In this document: positions 29,297 to 39,375 of the stretch, piece by piece
Layout of the letters: every line of letters starts with the position of its first letter
How positions within the stretch are numbered: the first letter of the stretch is position 1
Virus record (IMG/VR): IMGVR_UViG_3300024433_000009
Coordinates: 1-53,157 of that record
DNA: 53,157 nt
Reading direction: 5' to 3' (one strand)
Origin: a virus
Lineage: Duplodnaviria; Caudoviricetes
Translations under genes and position numbers: made by a program
The notes under the pieces: model-generated
What the model was told of the DNA's origin: nothing
The model's database searches: none
What the model saw: only the letters and a program-made list of their open reading frames with translations

Positions 29297-30216
29297 AAAT
29301 TTTTTATGCAGGTGCTGATGACAGCTATTGGAGCAATCGGATACTTGCAGGACTATCTTTGGATAATTCAAATAATCCGAATATCCTTACTACCTACTAT
29401 AAAATTCACGAGCATATAAATGCGGATTTTGAATACATTTATAAGCAGAGTTTATCCGACAATATTGATTGGATTGTTGATAGCGGGCTCTTTACAATGA
29501 TGTTTGGTGCGGGTAAGGGCAAACAATATAACGAAGATGATTTGTTAGAATATGCTAAAGGATATATTCAATTTATGAATAATATTAATTACAAACACAC
29601 CCTCATTGAGATGGATGTGCATAAAGTATTAGGTATATCGGCGCTCAACAAAATGCGTTCAATGTTTGAAAAGGATTGGGATATTGAACGCACTATATTT
29701 GTTTGGCATCTCGAAGAGGGGACAGAAGGGTTAATCGCACTCGCTAATAAATATCCTTATATCGCTATTTCTATCCCAGAATTACGTATTCTCGCAACTC
29801 GAAACAAGCAATCCGTTAAAACTATGCTTTATTCACTCTTTCATATTATTAGAAAAAATACAAAGGAATACCCTAAAATTCACTTACTCGGCTGTACGCA
29901 ATGGGATTTAATGATGAATAGTAATTATTACTCTGTGGATTCTACTGCGTGGATTTCTGGCGTTAAATATAATCAAGTTAAATGTTACCGGCACGGGGGA
30001 TTAATAGGTGCATCTTTGTATAGTAACGAATACAAAACATATCGACAGAAATATTATCCCTCTCTGGTTACTCTTTTAAGTGAAGGCATCCAAAAATATG
30101 GTAAATGTAAAATAAATAATTATTCAGTAAATGCCGCCTTACAAGCATTTTCTTTTCGCCAGATGGAAAACTATATAAACAACAGATTCTATTCAAATAA
30201 CGAACAAATAAAATGA
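29293..30216 (+). CDS. dpdA: TGT-fold DNA 7-deazaguanine transglycosylase, DpdA-like
   Basis: IVDSGLF, EMD, FVWH, IHLLGCT and SVDSTAW motifs; lies inside the que cluster. Confidence 0.8.
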   Translation: MKIFYAGADDSYWSNRILAGLSLDNSNNPNILTTYYKIHEHINADFEYIYKQSLSDNIDWIVDSGLFTMMFGAGKGKQYNEDDLLEYAKGYIQFMNNINYKHTLIEMDVHKVLGISALNKMRSMFEKDWDIERTIFVWHLEEGTEGLIALANKYPYIAISIPELRILATRNKQSVKTMLYSLFHIIRKNTKEYPKIHLLGCTQWDLMMNSNYYSVDSTAWISGVKYNQVKCYRHGGLIGASLYSNEYKTYRQKYYPSLVTLLSEGIQKYGKCKINNYSVNAALQAFSFRQMENYINNRFYSNNEQIK

Positions 30217-30806
30217 CTAAAATAGAAGACCTAAAAAAGAAAATAATCACATTCAAAGGGATCAACGTAGAGCTAAAAGGCGATTTAAAGCTATTTGCTA
30301 ACTACAAACTCATTCCTTTTGAACTACTCGTCAAAGCGGACTGGAATTACAAAATAGATAACGATAAACGTAAAGAGGATTTACTTCAGAACCTTAAACG
30401 TATTGGACAAGTAGAAAATATATTAGTACGTGAACTCGATACTGGTTATTACGAAGTCATTAACGGCAATCATCGTTATGATGTGTTTGCGGATATGGGT
30501 ACTCAATTTGTACTCTCCTATGATTTCGGGCATATATCAGATGCACAAGCTAAGCGTGTAGCAGTGGAAACGAACGAAACTAAATTTGAGGTAGATAATA
30601 TAAAACTTGCCGAGACAATTAAAGACATCACTCTTGAGTTCTCATTTGACGAGATAGAAATAACTATGCCTTTTACAATGCCTGAACTGGAGAATTTCGG
30701 TGAGCTATTAGAATTTAACTGGGATGAAATCAACAACAATCCTACGGATTCTGAGGAGGAAAAAGGGAAGAAAAATAAATGTCCTAAATGTGGATTTGAA
30801 TGGTGA
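30213..30806 (+). CDS. ParB/sulfiredoxin-fold protein with C-terminal zinc ribbon
   Basis: YEVINGNHRY motif; ends CPKCGFEW. Confidence 0.8.
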   Translation: MTKIEDLKKKIITFKGINVELKGDLKLFANYKLIPFELLVKADWNYKIDNDKRKEDLLQNLKRIGQVENILVRELDTGYYEVINGNHRYDVFADMGTQFVLSYDFGHISDAQAKRVAVETNETKFEVDNIKLAETIKDITLEFSFDEIEITMPFTMPELENFGELLEFNWDEINNNPTDSEEEKGKKNKCPKCGFEW

Positions 30807-31042
30807 TGTGCATAACAAATAAATAAAAAGTATTAAATATTAATAGCATTTAGAAAAAAAGAAAGGCCGAGAAAAGAGAGTAACGTAATATTTAATAAAT
30901 CCTGTGCTAAAAGAAAAGAATAAAATGTTTGCAAAACCCAAAGTAAAGCTGCGTATGAGAAGAAAAAGCTGGAGACAAATAAACATTAATTACGGTGCTT
31001 TTACTTATATATGCGATAGAACATTACAAAGAAGAAAGAAAA

Positions 31043-31684
31043 ATGGACTTCCCTGACTTAAACAGCATCGAAGATAAGCATTACATAGAACGAATCCACG
31101 TAGTAGCGATAACCTATCCGCACTTCTCAAAAAACTATCGCCGGTTCGTAACATGCCTTGCAGGACTCACAAAAGAAAACGAATGGCGGCGCATATATCC
31201 CGTGCCTGCGAAATGGATTGCTGAAACAGGAATAAGAAAGGGTGACGAAGTGGAATACCGCATTCGAGATGAACATCCTGAGCATCGTTACGAAAGCAGG
31301 AAGATACATACGGAAACGCTGAGGCTCACAGGTTCACATCGTAATATCAACTCATTCGATATTGAAACACTGAAACATGCGACCGAAACGGGTAAATCCA
31401 TCGCCGTCATAAAGCCCGCTATAATTGACATAAGCAAAAGATACAGGAAGATACCAGTAGATGCGCGTTCAAAGCGGGACTTTTATTCGCTTTCGTTGCC
31501 TCTCCACTACCCTTCTTTTTTGTTTCGCGATACTGACCTGAGCGTGCACAGAGCGTCTTGTGAGGATATGAATATTGTTCAGGGGCATGATTGGGAATTG
31601 CATGAGCTTAAAGACTCTATTTTTATCATGGGCACGCATTATCTTTTTAACACATGGCTTATCATATCTATTATTAACAAATAA
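31043..31684 (+). CDS. Hypothetical protein, possibly dual-OB-fold nucleic-acid-binding family
   Basis: TYP...S..Y...TCLAG...WRRIYPVP...HRYESRKI motif set. Confidence 0.55.
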   Translation: MDFPDLNSIEDKHYIERIHVVAITYPHFSKNYRRFVTCLAGLTKENEWRRIYPVPAKWIAETGIRKGDEVEYRIRDEHPEHRYESRKIHTETLRLTGSHRNINSFDIETLKHATETGKSIAVIKPAIIDISKRYRKIPVDARSKRDFYSLSLPLHYPSFLFRDTDLSVHRASCEDMNIVQGHDWELHELKDSIFIMGTHYLFNTWLIISIINK

Positions 31685-31705
31685 TTATCAATTCTTTCAT
31701 ATACA

Positions 31706-32116
31706 ATGGACAAAACGAAAAAGAAAAGGGGACAACCGGAAAAAGCATCTGTAAGAAAGATATTAGCAGCAATATCGGGAACTGGAGGATTAAAAACCGC
31801 CATCGCAATTAAACTCGGTGTGCATTATCGCACGGTCCTCAACTATGAAAAAAAATATGAAACCGTCAGGCAAGCAATAGGAGAAGAGACAGAAAAGATA
31901 CTTGATAAGTGTGAAAGCAATCTATTTCTACGGATTCAAGAAGGAGATGAAGATACAAGTAAGTGGGTTCTATCTCGTAAAGGCAAACAAAGGGGATACT
32001 CCGAAAAGATAGAGACTGAACAAAAAGGTTCTCTCAAGGTAGAACACACAGTCAAAATAGAGGACACAATAAAAAAATATAAAGGTGTGATAGATGAACT
32101 TGAGCAGCCGGATTAA
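31706..32116 (+). CDS. terS: Terminase small subunit
   Basis: HTH (IAIKLGVHYRTV), GKQRGYSEK motif; overlaps terL. Confidence 0.8.
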   Translation: MDKTKKKRGQPEKASVRKILAAISGTGGLKTAIAIKLGVHYRTVLNYEKKYETVRQAIGEETEKILDKCESNLFLRIQEGDEDTSKWVLSRKGKQRGYSEKIETEQKGSLKVEHTVKIEDTIKKYKGVIDELEQPD

Positions 32117-33428
32117 GCAGCGCATAGCGGAGTTTCAGGCGACTGTAATAGACAATTCCTACATACCACACGAACCAACCGAGAAGCAGGCGAAGTTCCT
32201 GTTACAATCAGATTGTCTCGAAGGTTTCTATGGCGGCGCAGCAGGAGGGGGAAAGAGCGATGCATTATTGATGGGCGCATTACAATATGTGACAATACCT
32301 GGATATTCGGCATTGCTACTTAGACGTACATATACCGACCTTGTATTGCCCGAGGCATTGATGGACCGCGCAACGGAATGGCTATCCCGCACAAATGCCG
32401 TCTGGCATGACAAAACAAAAGGGTGGGTATTTCCAAGCGGTGCGACATTGAGTTTTGGCTATCTCGAATCAGAACGGGACAAATTCCGATATCAAAGTGC
32501 AGCGTTTCAGTATATAGGATTTGATGAGGTCACACAGTTCACAGAAACACAATATAGTTATCTGTTTTCGCGGCTGCGCAGGTTAAAAGATACAAATATC
32601 CCAATACGGATGCGTTCCGCGAGTAATCCTGGGGACATAGGACATGAATGGGTTAAGGCACGTTATATAAAACCCTCCTTTGCAGATTTAAAGGAACAAA
32701 ACCGTTTTTTCATCTTTGCATTGTTAGAAGACAATCCCCATCTAGATCGAGAAGAATATGAAAAATCTCTTAACAAACTTGACCCGGTTACCCACGAGCA
32801 ACTCCGACACGGCAATTGGGACATAGCAATTGCGGGCAATATGTTCAAACGCGAATGGTTCGAGATTATTGACGCGGCACCGCAGTGCAATCGCCAGGTT
32901 CGATTCTGGGACATGGCGGCATCCGAGCGAAAAAAAGGAAAAGATCCTGATTGGACTGTCGGATGTTTACTCGCAGAAAAAGACGGAATATTTTACGTAA
33001 AAGACATTGTCAGATTTCAGAAGACACCGGCAGATACCGAAAATATCATTAAGCAAACTGCACAGATTGATGGCATAGAACCAAGGATATATATGGAGCA
33101 GGAACCTGGGGCAAGCGGAAAAATCGCGATAGATCATTATGCCCGTGAAATACTGAAAGGTTATTCGTTTGTCGGCATTCCCAGCACAGGTTCAAAAGTG
33201 ACGAGAGCGCAGCCGCTATCCGCAGCGGCACAGAATGGCAACGTAAAAATAGTCAATGGGATGTGGGTAAGCGACATGCTGTCGGAGGTCGTTTTGTTCC
33301 CCACTAAAGGGATACATGACGACATCGTAGATGCGATGAGCGGTGCGTTCAACCAACTAAATTTCAGTGGCAAGACGCCAGACGAACTCGGTTCTTTATT
33401 GGTTATGGGCGGAAAAACGAGAATATAA
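32094..33428 (+). CDS. terL: Terminase large subunit
   Basis: Walker A GGAAGGGKS, Walker B YIGFDE, ASNPG; nuclease residues WDMA and HDDIVDA. Confidence 0.96.
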   Translation: MNLSSRIKQRIAEFQATVIDNSYIPHEPTEKQAKFLLQSDCLEGFYGGAAGGGKSDALLMGALQYVTIPGYSALLLRRTYTDLVLPEALMDRATEWLSRTNAVWHDKTKGWVFPSGATLSFGYLESERDKFRYQSAAFQYIGFDEVTQFTETQYSYLFSRLRRLKDTNIPIRMRSASNPGDIGHEWVKARYIKPSFADLKEQNRFFIFALLEDNPHLDREEYEKSLNKLDPVTHEQLRHGNWDIAIAGNMFKREWFEIIDAAPQCNRQVRFWDMAASERKKGKDPDWTVGCLLAEKDGIFYVKDIVRFQKTPADTENIIKQTAQIDGIEPRIYMEQEPGASGKIAIDHYAREILKGYSFVGIPSTGSKVTRAQPLSAAAQNGNVKIVNGMWVSDMLSEVVLFPTKGIHDDIVDAMSGAFNQLNFSGKTPDELGSLLVMGGKTRI

Positions 33429-33458
33429 TTTAAGAAGTCTTACCGTTTCTCTGAAAGC

Positions 33459-34688
33459 ATGGATGAACAAACGGTAAAGGCGTCCCTTTCCGGACTCACA
33501 AGACGCAGCCTTAAAAACGTTCCTAAAGAATTCAAAATCGGCGATTTCGTCATCAGCAACGATAACATATTCACAAAATACCGGCAGTTAGGCAGCTTGG
33601 ATCTCGTTTCAGATGCATTGGAGAAAGCGAGTCTGGAGATGGCGAGCGGGTTTGAGATATACAGCGATAATGAGAGTGACGATATCAGCCCGTTGAACGA
33701 TTGGGGCGACACGGTTGATTTAGAAGGGCACATCCTCGCGGTGCTCCATGAGCTATTGGAGAAGGGCACCGTGGTCGTCTATACAGGGCAGTGGCGAAAC
33801 GACATAAAGGAATTAAGACTGTTGCCGATGGACTATGTGACGTTACTTCCAAAAGACGTCTCTGTTGGGTCTACGCCGTCCACGTTAATGATGGGCGACA
33901 TAGAGCGCGTAGTCGTGAACGAGAATTCGGTAACTGGTGATGTCACAAGGCAGATTCTTGACATAGACAAAGAAGTGATCATATATCGCTATAAGTATCG
34001 CGGGAACGTTTTTGAAGATATTATGAATCGTAACACATACGGGTTGTACGGTCGTAGCATACTGCACAATAAGGAATGGCGACTGGAATATTACTATGAC
34101 ATGCTCGAATCGTACAGAAAATACGTGCAGCGATACGGCTTTGGACGTTTGTTTTACAATTCTGGGGTGCTTGCGGAACTACTCAAGGCGGAAAGCTATG
34201 ACAAGTTCGTGGAGGTGCGGAACGCGATGAGTGCGAAGATGGAAGAACTTGCCGAGAATGAGGATATTTTAGGTGTCGGGATGGACGTCACTCAACTTGA
34301 CACGAATACCGGTTTGGACATACTGGGCATGAAAGAGTCTCTGGAAAAAGACATATACGCGTTGCTATTCGGTAGTGGAACTACGTCCGGGAAGGAGGCA
34401 GGCACAACCTACGCATCCGCATACGTAGTAGAGCAGAATCGGATACGCATACTGAACAGCTATCGCAGGCAGATGCGCATTCAATTGGAGAAACTGATCA
34501 GGAGACAAGCGGAGAATCTGGATATGCACAACGTTGAAAAAATACATGTTCGATTTGAGCAGCTCGATAAGGCACGGTACAGTGCGAAAGAGATTGCGGA
34601 ACTCTACACGGCGATGGTAATTGAAAAGGACGAGGCGCGAGAACTATTGGGTTTTGCGCCTCTGAATGAATTTGAAGAAGAGGAATGA
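33459..34688 (+). CDS. Portal protein
   Basis: 409 aa directly after terL; YGRSIL and C-terminal EARELLGF motifs. Confidence 0.8.
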   Translation: MDEQTVKASLSGLTRRSLKNVPKEFKIGDFVISNDNIFTKYRQLGSLDLVSDALEKASLEMASGFEIYSDNESDDISPLNDWGDTVDLEGHILAVLHELLEKGTVVVYTGQWRNDIKELRLLPMDYVTLLPKDVSVGSTPSTLMMGDIERVVVNENSVTGDVTRQILDIDKEVIIYRYKYRGNVFEDIMNRNTYGLYGRSILHNKEWRLEYYYDMLESYRKYVQRYGFGRLFYNSGVLAELLKAESYDKFVEVRNAMSAKMEELAENEDILGVGMDVTQLDTNTGLDILGMKESLEKDIYALLFGSGTTSGKEAGTTYASAYVVEQNRIRILNSYRRQMRIQLEKLIRRQAENLDMHNVEKIHVRFEQLDKARYSAKEIAELYTAMVIEKDEARELLGFAPLNEFEEEE

Positions 34689-35041
34689 CCAAAGAATATC
34701 TATTCGGAATGCTGAAGAGATACGCAAGCGAGATAAATGAGGCATTTGAAGAATATCACGCATCTATAGATCGTAGTGGTGCAATATTGCAGCTCAGAAT
34801 TTCTGAATCACAAAAACGAAAATGAAAACGAAAGTAGCATTTCGGAAGGGAACTGTTGAAATGAAAACGAAATATAGTTGGCATGTTAAGTGGCGGCAGT
34901 ATAATCCAATCAGTTGGCTATTGTGCTGGCTGTTCGAGCATTATTCGTGGGCGCCCGGAGTGTGGGCGTATGATCTGCATGATTTCTTTTGCCCTGTAGT
35001 GCAAGAAGCGAAAGAGGAATGGGATTCGAAAAAGGAAAACA

Positions 35042-35737
35042 ATGGATGTTGATATAACTCGCACAGCGGTACTTCGGCACGAATTCGAACGAGAGCTGAG
35101 AAAGCTTCCTGTAAACGCAGCGAAACGCATAAAGGCATTACTTGCAACGGGGTTAATAGGAGACGAAACTATTGCCGAGGTGCAGCACATAATCACACAA
35201 GAACTCGGAGCTAAAGAGGCACATAAAGTACTGAACAGATATTCGATGCTCTTCTGGAAGCGAGGCAGTGAATTCGCGTTAAGGCAGTTAAAACGTGCAG
35301 GATTAACGCTTGAGATACCATCTTATCTCGCGGTGATGGACGAGGAAACGCTTACCGCATTGAGGGCGATGCAGTTAGATCTTGTTACGGGTATGAGCGA
35401 GACAATGAAGAAGGACGTGGCTTTCCAACTACGAGAAGGAATGCTAAGAGGTGAGCATCCGACAAAGATAGCGGACAGGATAGCGGAAGTTGCACAGATA
35501 ACAAAGAATAAGGCGACAAGAATAGCACGGACCGAAGCGACTCGCGTATTCAATGAGGCAGCGAGCGACCGTTATAAGAAAGCGGGGATAGAGAAATTCA
35601 CCTGGACGGCAATAGGTGATGAACGAACTTGTGATATTTGCGACGGGTTAGATGGGCAAATCTTTTCAATAGGTTCACAAAAGCCTCCAATTCATGTAAA
35701 TTGCCGTTGTACGATAGTACCACTTATAGAGAAATAA
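35042..35737 (+). CDS. Head morphogenesis protein (SPP1 gp7 / Mu gpF family)
   Basis: RIARTE, DERTCDIC and PPIHVNCRC motifs. Confidence 0.93.
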   Translation: MDVDITRTAVLRHEFERELRKLPVNAAKRIKALLATGLIGDETIAEVQHIITQELGAKEAHKVLNRYSMLFWKRGSEFALRQLKRAGLTLEIPSYLAVMDEETLTALRAMQLDLVTGMSETMKKDVAFQLREGMLRGEHPTKIADRIAEVAQITKNKATRIARTEATRVFNEAASDRYKKAGIEKFTWTAIGDERTCDICDGLDGQIFSIGSQKPPIHVNCRCTIVPLIEK

Positions 35738-36221
35738 TAAGTTTATATAGCTTAGCTTAAATAGAATGAACATGATAACCATGCGTGTCGAAGTGGACAT
35801 AGCGGAGTACGTGGATACATTGCACGCACGCGAGGAGATAGCGAAACGCATTCATTCGCAGTTGGTAACTGCAAAATGGATAAAAAGCGTAAGGATTGTC
35901 TATGAATAAAGAAAAAGAACTATTCCCGGAAATGCAAATAGCGGCGAATGAAGAAGTGTATCAATTTAAGCAACATTTGAAGGAACGAAGGATAGCATAT
36001 GAAGGATTCGTGTGGATGGAGAAGCAATGGGCAGAGAATTATGAGGGGGACATAAGCGATGATTGAAATATGGATATGCAACAATTGTGGCTTTGAAGCG
36101 ATTGATATGGCATTCTATAAGCGTAATTCAATAATAGGAATATGCCCGAAATGCAATTCAAACGACGATATAAAAATCCGCGAGGACCAGAGTTGGAAGA
36201 AAAATTGGGGGAGGGAAAGCA

Positions 36222-36644
36222 ATGATTAAATCAGCATTAATGAATAATGAAATGGAAGTAGAGAAACATATCATGGATTTATTGAAACTTGAAGCATCAC
36301 AAATTTTTAAAGGGCACGCGTTAAAAAATTTGTCTATTGAGAAGTATTACAATGAGATATTAGATGCGTTAACATACCGATTGTGGACAATGGTTCCTGT
36401 TGAACACATGAAAAGCGCAACACATGAATTTGTTGTTAGTTATCCGATTTCATGGTGGCAAATGTTCAAAGAACAATATTTCCCGAGATGCTTAAAAAGC
36501 CACTTTCCTATTAAATATAAGACAAAGAAAAAGACGGTAAAATTTGATGCTTATGCACTATATCCTAAAATGCCAAGGATATTTGAATGTGGGGATTATA
36601 ACCAGATAATAATGACAAGGGAGGATGAAGAAGAATGGAAATAG
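36222..36644 (+). CDS. Hypothetical protein
   Basis: 140-aa ORF with RBS; PISWWQMFK motif. Confidence 0.55.
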   Translation: MIKSALMNNEMEVEKHIMDLLKLEASQIFKGHALKNLSIEKYYNEILDALTYRLWTMVPVEHMKSATHEFVVSYPISWWQMFKEQYFPRCLKSHFPIKYKTKKKTVKFDAYALYPKMPRIFECGDYNQIIMTREDEEEWK

Positions 36645-37070
36645 AAGAGGCGAGACGCATAAAGAAGGAAACGGAAACAAAGATTTTAAAGTTGCTTAGT
36701 GAGTTTGAGAGCATAACAAAACTTGAAGTCAATAGTGTCTCGTTAGCGCATATTCAGCCGGTTGTTATGCCGCGTTTTGTTAGCGGAGTTGAATTGGAGT
36801 GTTTGGTGAAATGACAAAAATAGATAGAATGCCTCGCGATCTCGGTATTATATCGAAAGACAACATAGCAAATGCACAAAAAAAACATAATAACTTGGGC
36901 GATAAAAGTCAAGGCGACACTTCCTATTTTTCATCATTCCAAATCACGGCGATTCCGATGTATAAAATGCGGACAGATCAACGAATGGAAACGTGGAGAA
37001 ATGATACGGAAATGCGAATGTGGAAAAATGCATGTGAGGCTGTTAGGATTACCAAAACCAAAATAAAGTT

Positions 37071-37430
37071 TCATCTCTCTTTCCTTTTCATGTGACTCTC
37101 TATTCGTTTCACGCGTTCCATAAGCTCCGCATTGAACGGATTGATGTTCCTTGTTATGTACTCGTTTTCAAACTTCCAGAAACCTACACGTTCATCAAGC
37201 CATCCAAGAGTATATTCGGCGATCTTCTTGATAATTACTATGACTGGCAGCCACAACGGCGATATGACAATTCCAAGCAAACCCTTGATAGCAAATAGAT
37301 ATACCGTACCTTCCAATATATCCCTGCCCATATCGGTCACTTGCGATATGAGTCCGCTTCCGCGTCCAGTACGGAGCACATACTTCGCTAATCCTTCTGC
37401 GACTTTCCTTTTTCCCTTTTTTAGTGTCAT
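37071..37430 (-). CDS. Putative membrane protein
   Basis: Hydrophobic central segment; 3 nt from the upstream minus-strand ORF. Confidence 0.6.
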   Translation of the reverse strand: MTLKKGKRKVAEGLAKYVLRTGRGSGLISQVTDMGRDILEGTVYLFAIKGLLGIVISPLWLPVIVIIKKIAEYTLGWLDERVGFWKFENEYITRNINPFNAELMERVKRIESHMKRKER

Positions 37431-37433
37431 TTA

Positions 37434-38015
37434 TCAGTACTCCTTGATGTTTATCTTCTCGCCTTCAGTCAGCGGTATTCCATCCGGATAGTTTTCCTGC
37501 ATCCATGTATAGAATTCGTTTATCGTTGCGAAGTCCCGCGCACGATAAAAGACATCTTCTTTGTTGAGCCCCAGCTTAATCTGCTTGCACTTGCGCATGA
37601 ATACATCCTTATATCCCTTTTCGTGACTGTAATATGTGCTGATGATATGTTCTGCAAACGCGTCAAGCTTCTGCAATCGTTCATCTTCATATATGAAGAT
37701 GTTCTTGTCATATTGCTTCTGCAACCACAAGTGTGCGAAGTCTATTGCTTTTAGTATTGCTTTCTTAATTATCGTTTGAAAGAACATCCCTTTCTGCTTA
37801 TCAGTATAACAATTATGCTTAAATCCTTCCCGACTGTCATTGCCTGTTCTGACAAACTGTGCCATCTGAGACGGTGAAAGCCAGAATTCAGGATTATATC
37901 CGAACTCCTGGACTCTTTTCGCGAATTCCTTGACCGATATACGTCCTGCCTTGAACTTTCTGAGTAGCGCGTCTAAATTCTTGTTTTTTGGGACCACGAT
38001 CTTTTGTTTTTTCAT
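37434..38015 (-). CDS. Hypothetical protein
   Basis: 193 aa; TTTTTATA about 30 nt upstream on the minus strand. Confidence 0.65.
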   Translation of the reverse strand: MKKQKIVVPKNKNLDALLRKFKAGRISVKEFAKRVQEFGYNPEFWLSPSQMAQFVRTGNDSREGFKHNCYTDKQKGMFFQTIIKKAILKAIDFAHLWLQKQYDKNIFIYEDERLQKLDAFAEHIISTYYSHEKGYKDVFMRKCKQIKLGLNKEDVFYRARDFATINEFYTWMQENYPDGIPLTEGEKINIKEY

Positions 38016-38051
38016 TATATGTTTAAAAAGTCTATTACGCTATAAAAAGAC

Positions 38052-39374
38052 ATGCCATACGATACGATAACTGATTTGCCCGAATCCATACAAAAGGCAT
38101 TGCCTAAGCATGCCCAAGAAATATTCTTATCCGCTTTTAATGCGAGCTGGGCAGGCACGTGCAAAGATCGTCCTGATAGAGAAGCATGTGCAAATATGAT
38201 CGCATGGGCTGCCGTAAAACGAGATTATAAAAAGGAAGACGACAAATGGATAGCAAAAGCAGCGGAGGAAGAGCCATTGATAATTGAAGGTGATCTCCCC
38301 GTGGGTCTCATAAATAAGAATGGCTGGGGAATTCCCGATTCTGACGTTGAAAACGTAACAAATTCATTGAAAAATGCGGTCGTTCGTATATGTAATAGAG
38401 GTAAGGATGAACATACATGTGATGACGCGGGCGACCCTTATTCGGAAATCGGCAAGATATTGAATGCAAAAAAAAATGATGACAATATTAGAGTAAAAGT
38501 GGCTATAATGGATCGTCGAGCAGCACAGAAAATTAGAGATGGAGTTTGGGGTGATAAATGGAGTCCATACGGTCATGTAGAGAGCCTTCAAAATGGTTGG
38601 ACACATGGTTTGAATATTGAATCTCTTACTTTGGTTCAGAAGCCTGCATGGGAAGATGCGACATTCAATATCTCGGCAAGTGCGGAAGGCGTAACTCTCG
38701 AACTGCCTTTAATAAGTCTTTTCGCTAATGATGCAAATAAAGGGGAGGATTCAAAAAAGGAAAAAGGAAATATGGGAGAAGAAGATAAAAAGACCTTCAC
38801 ATCGGATGACGTTGATAAAACGGTGAAAGCGGCAGTGGATAAAGCCATCAAGGAGACGCAGGACAAGGCAAAAGAGGATACTGATAAAGCAGTAAAGGCG
38901 GCTCTGGAAAGCAAAGAAATGATAACGAAGACGGATGCGGACAAGATGGTGAAGGCGGCATTGGAAGAGAAGGCGAACAAAGAAGGCGACAAGAAAGAGA
39001 AAGAGAAAGAAACATACACAAAGGACGAGCTTGATACGAAGATAAAAGCATCAGTAGAACAAGCAATAACGCAGACAAAGGACGACATAGAACGCGAACA
39101 TCTGGCAGCTTCAATAACTGACGTGCTTGTGAATGCAGGTGTTATCGAGGAAATTGACCGTGAGAAACAATCGGAAAACATGAAAGCGGGTTCAAGTGAA
39201 GTACTACGTCAAATGCTTGAGAACGTCACGGCGATAGATACGAAACTCAAAGAAACGGTAAAAGCTGCGGCAGAACACGGGAAGAATATACAGTTTCCAC
39301 TAACGACAAATGGCGGTAGTGGCGCTTACGATTGGGACCCGGTGAAGGGAGTGTTTACGGAGGTGAAGCAGTAG
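38052..39374 (+). CDS. ChaB-domain prohead protease/scaffold fusion
   Basis: N-terminal ChaB motif (DLPESIQKALPKHAQEIFLSAFN...AWAAVK), protease-like core (NKNGW...H...WS...SLTLVQKPA), coiled-coil C-terminus. Confidence 0.8.
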   Translation: MPYDTITDLPESIQKALPKHAQEIFLSAFNASWAGTCKDRPDREACANMIAWAAVKRDYKKEDDKWIAKAAEEEPLIIEGDLPVGLINKNGWGIPDSDVENVTNSLKNAVVRICNRGKDEHTCDDAGDPYSEIGKILNAKKNDDNIRVKVAIMDRRAAQKIRDGVWGDKWSPYGHVESLQNGWTHGLNIESLTLVQKPAWEDATFNISASAEGVTLELPLISLFANDANKGEDSKKEKGNMGEEDKKTFTSDDVDKTVKAAVDKAIKETQDKAKEDTDKAVKAALESKEMITKTDADKMVKAALEEKANKEGDKKEKEKETYTKDELDTKIKASVEQAITQTKDDIEREHLAASITDVLVNAGVIEEIDREKQSENMKAGSSEVLRQMLENVTAIDTKLKETVKAAAEHGKNIQFPLTTNGGSGAYDWDPVKGVFTEVKQ

Positions 39375-39375
39375 T

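Noticed and set aside
27549-30216. Queuosine/archaeosine tRNA-modification operon
   Set aside because: queC and downstream enzymes are missing, and the TGT-fold protein lacks the zinc-binding CxCxxC motif of tRNA TGTs; the viral context favours DNA modification.
32094-33428. Intein or intron in the terminase
   Set aside because: The length (444 aa) and motif spacing are normal.
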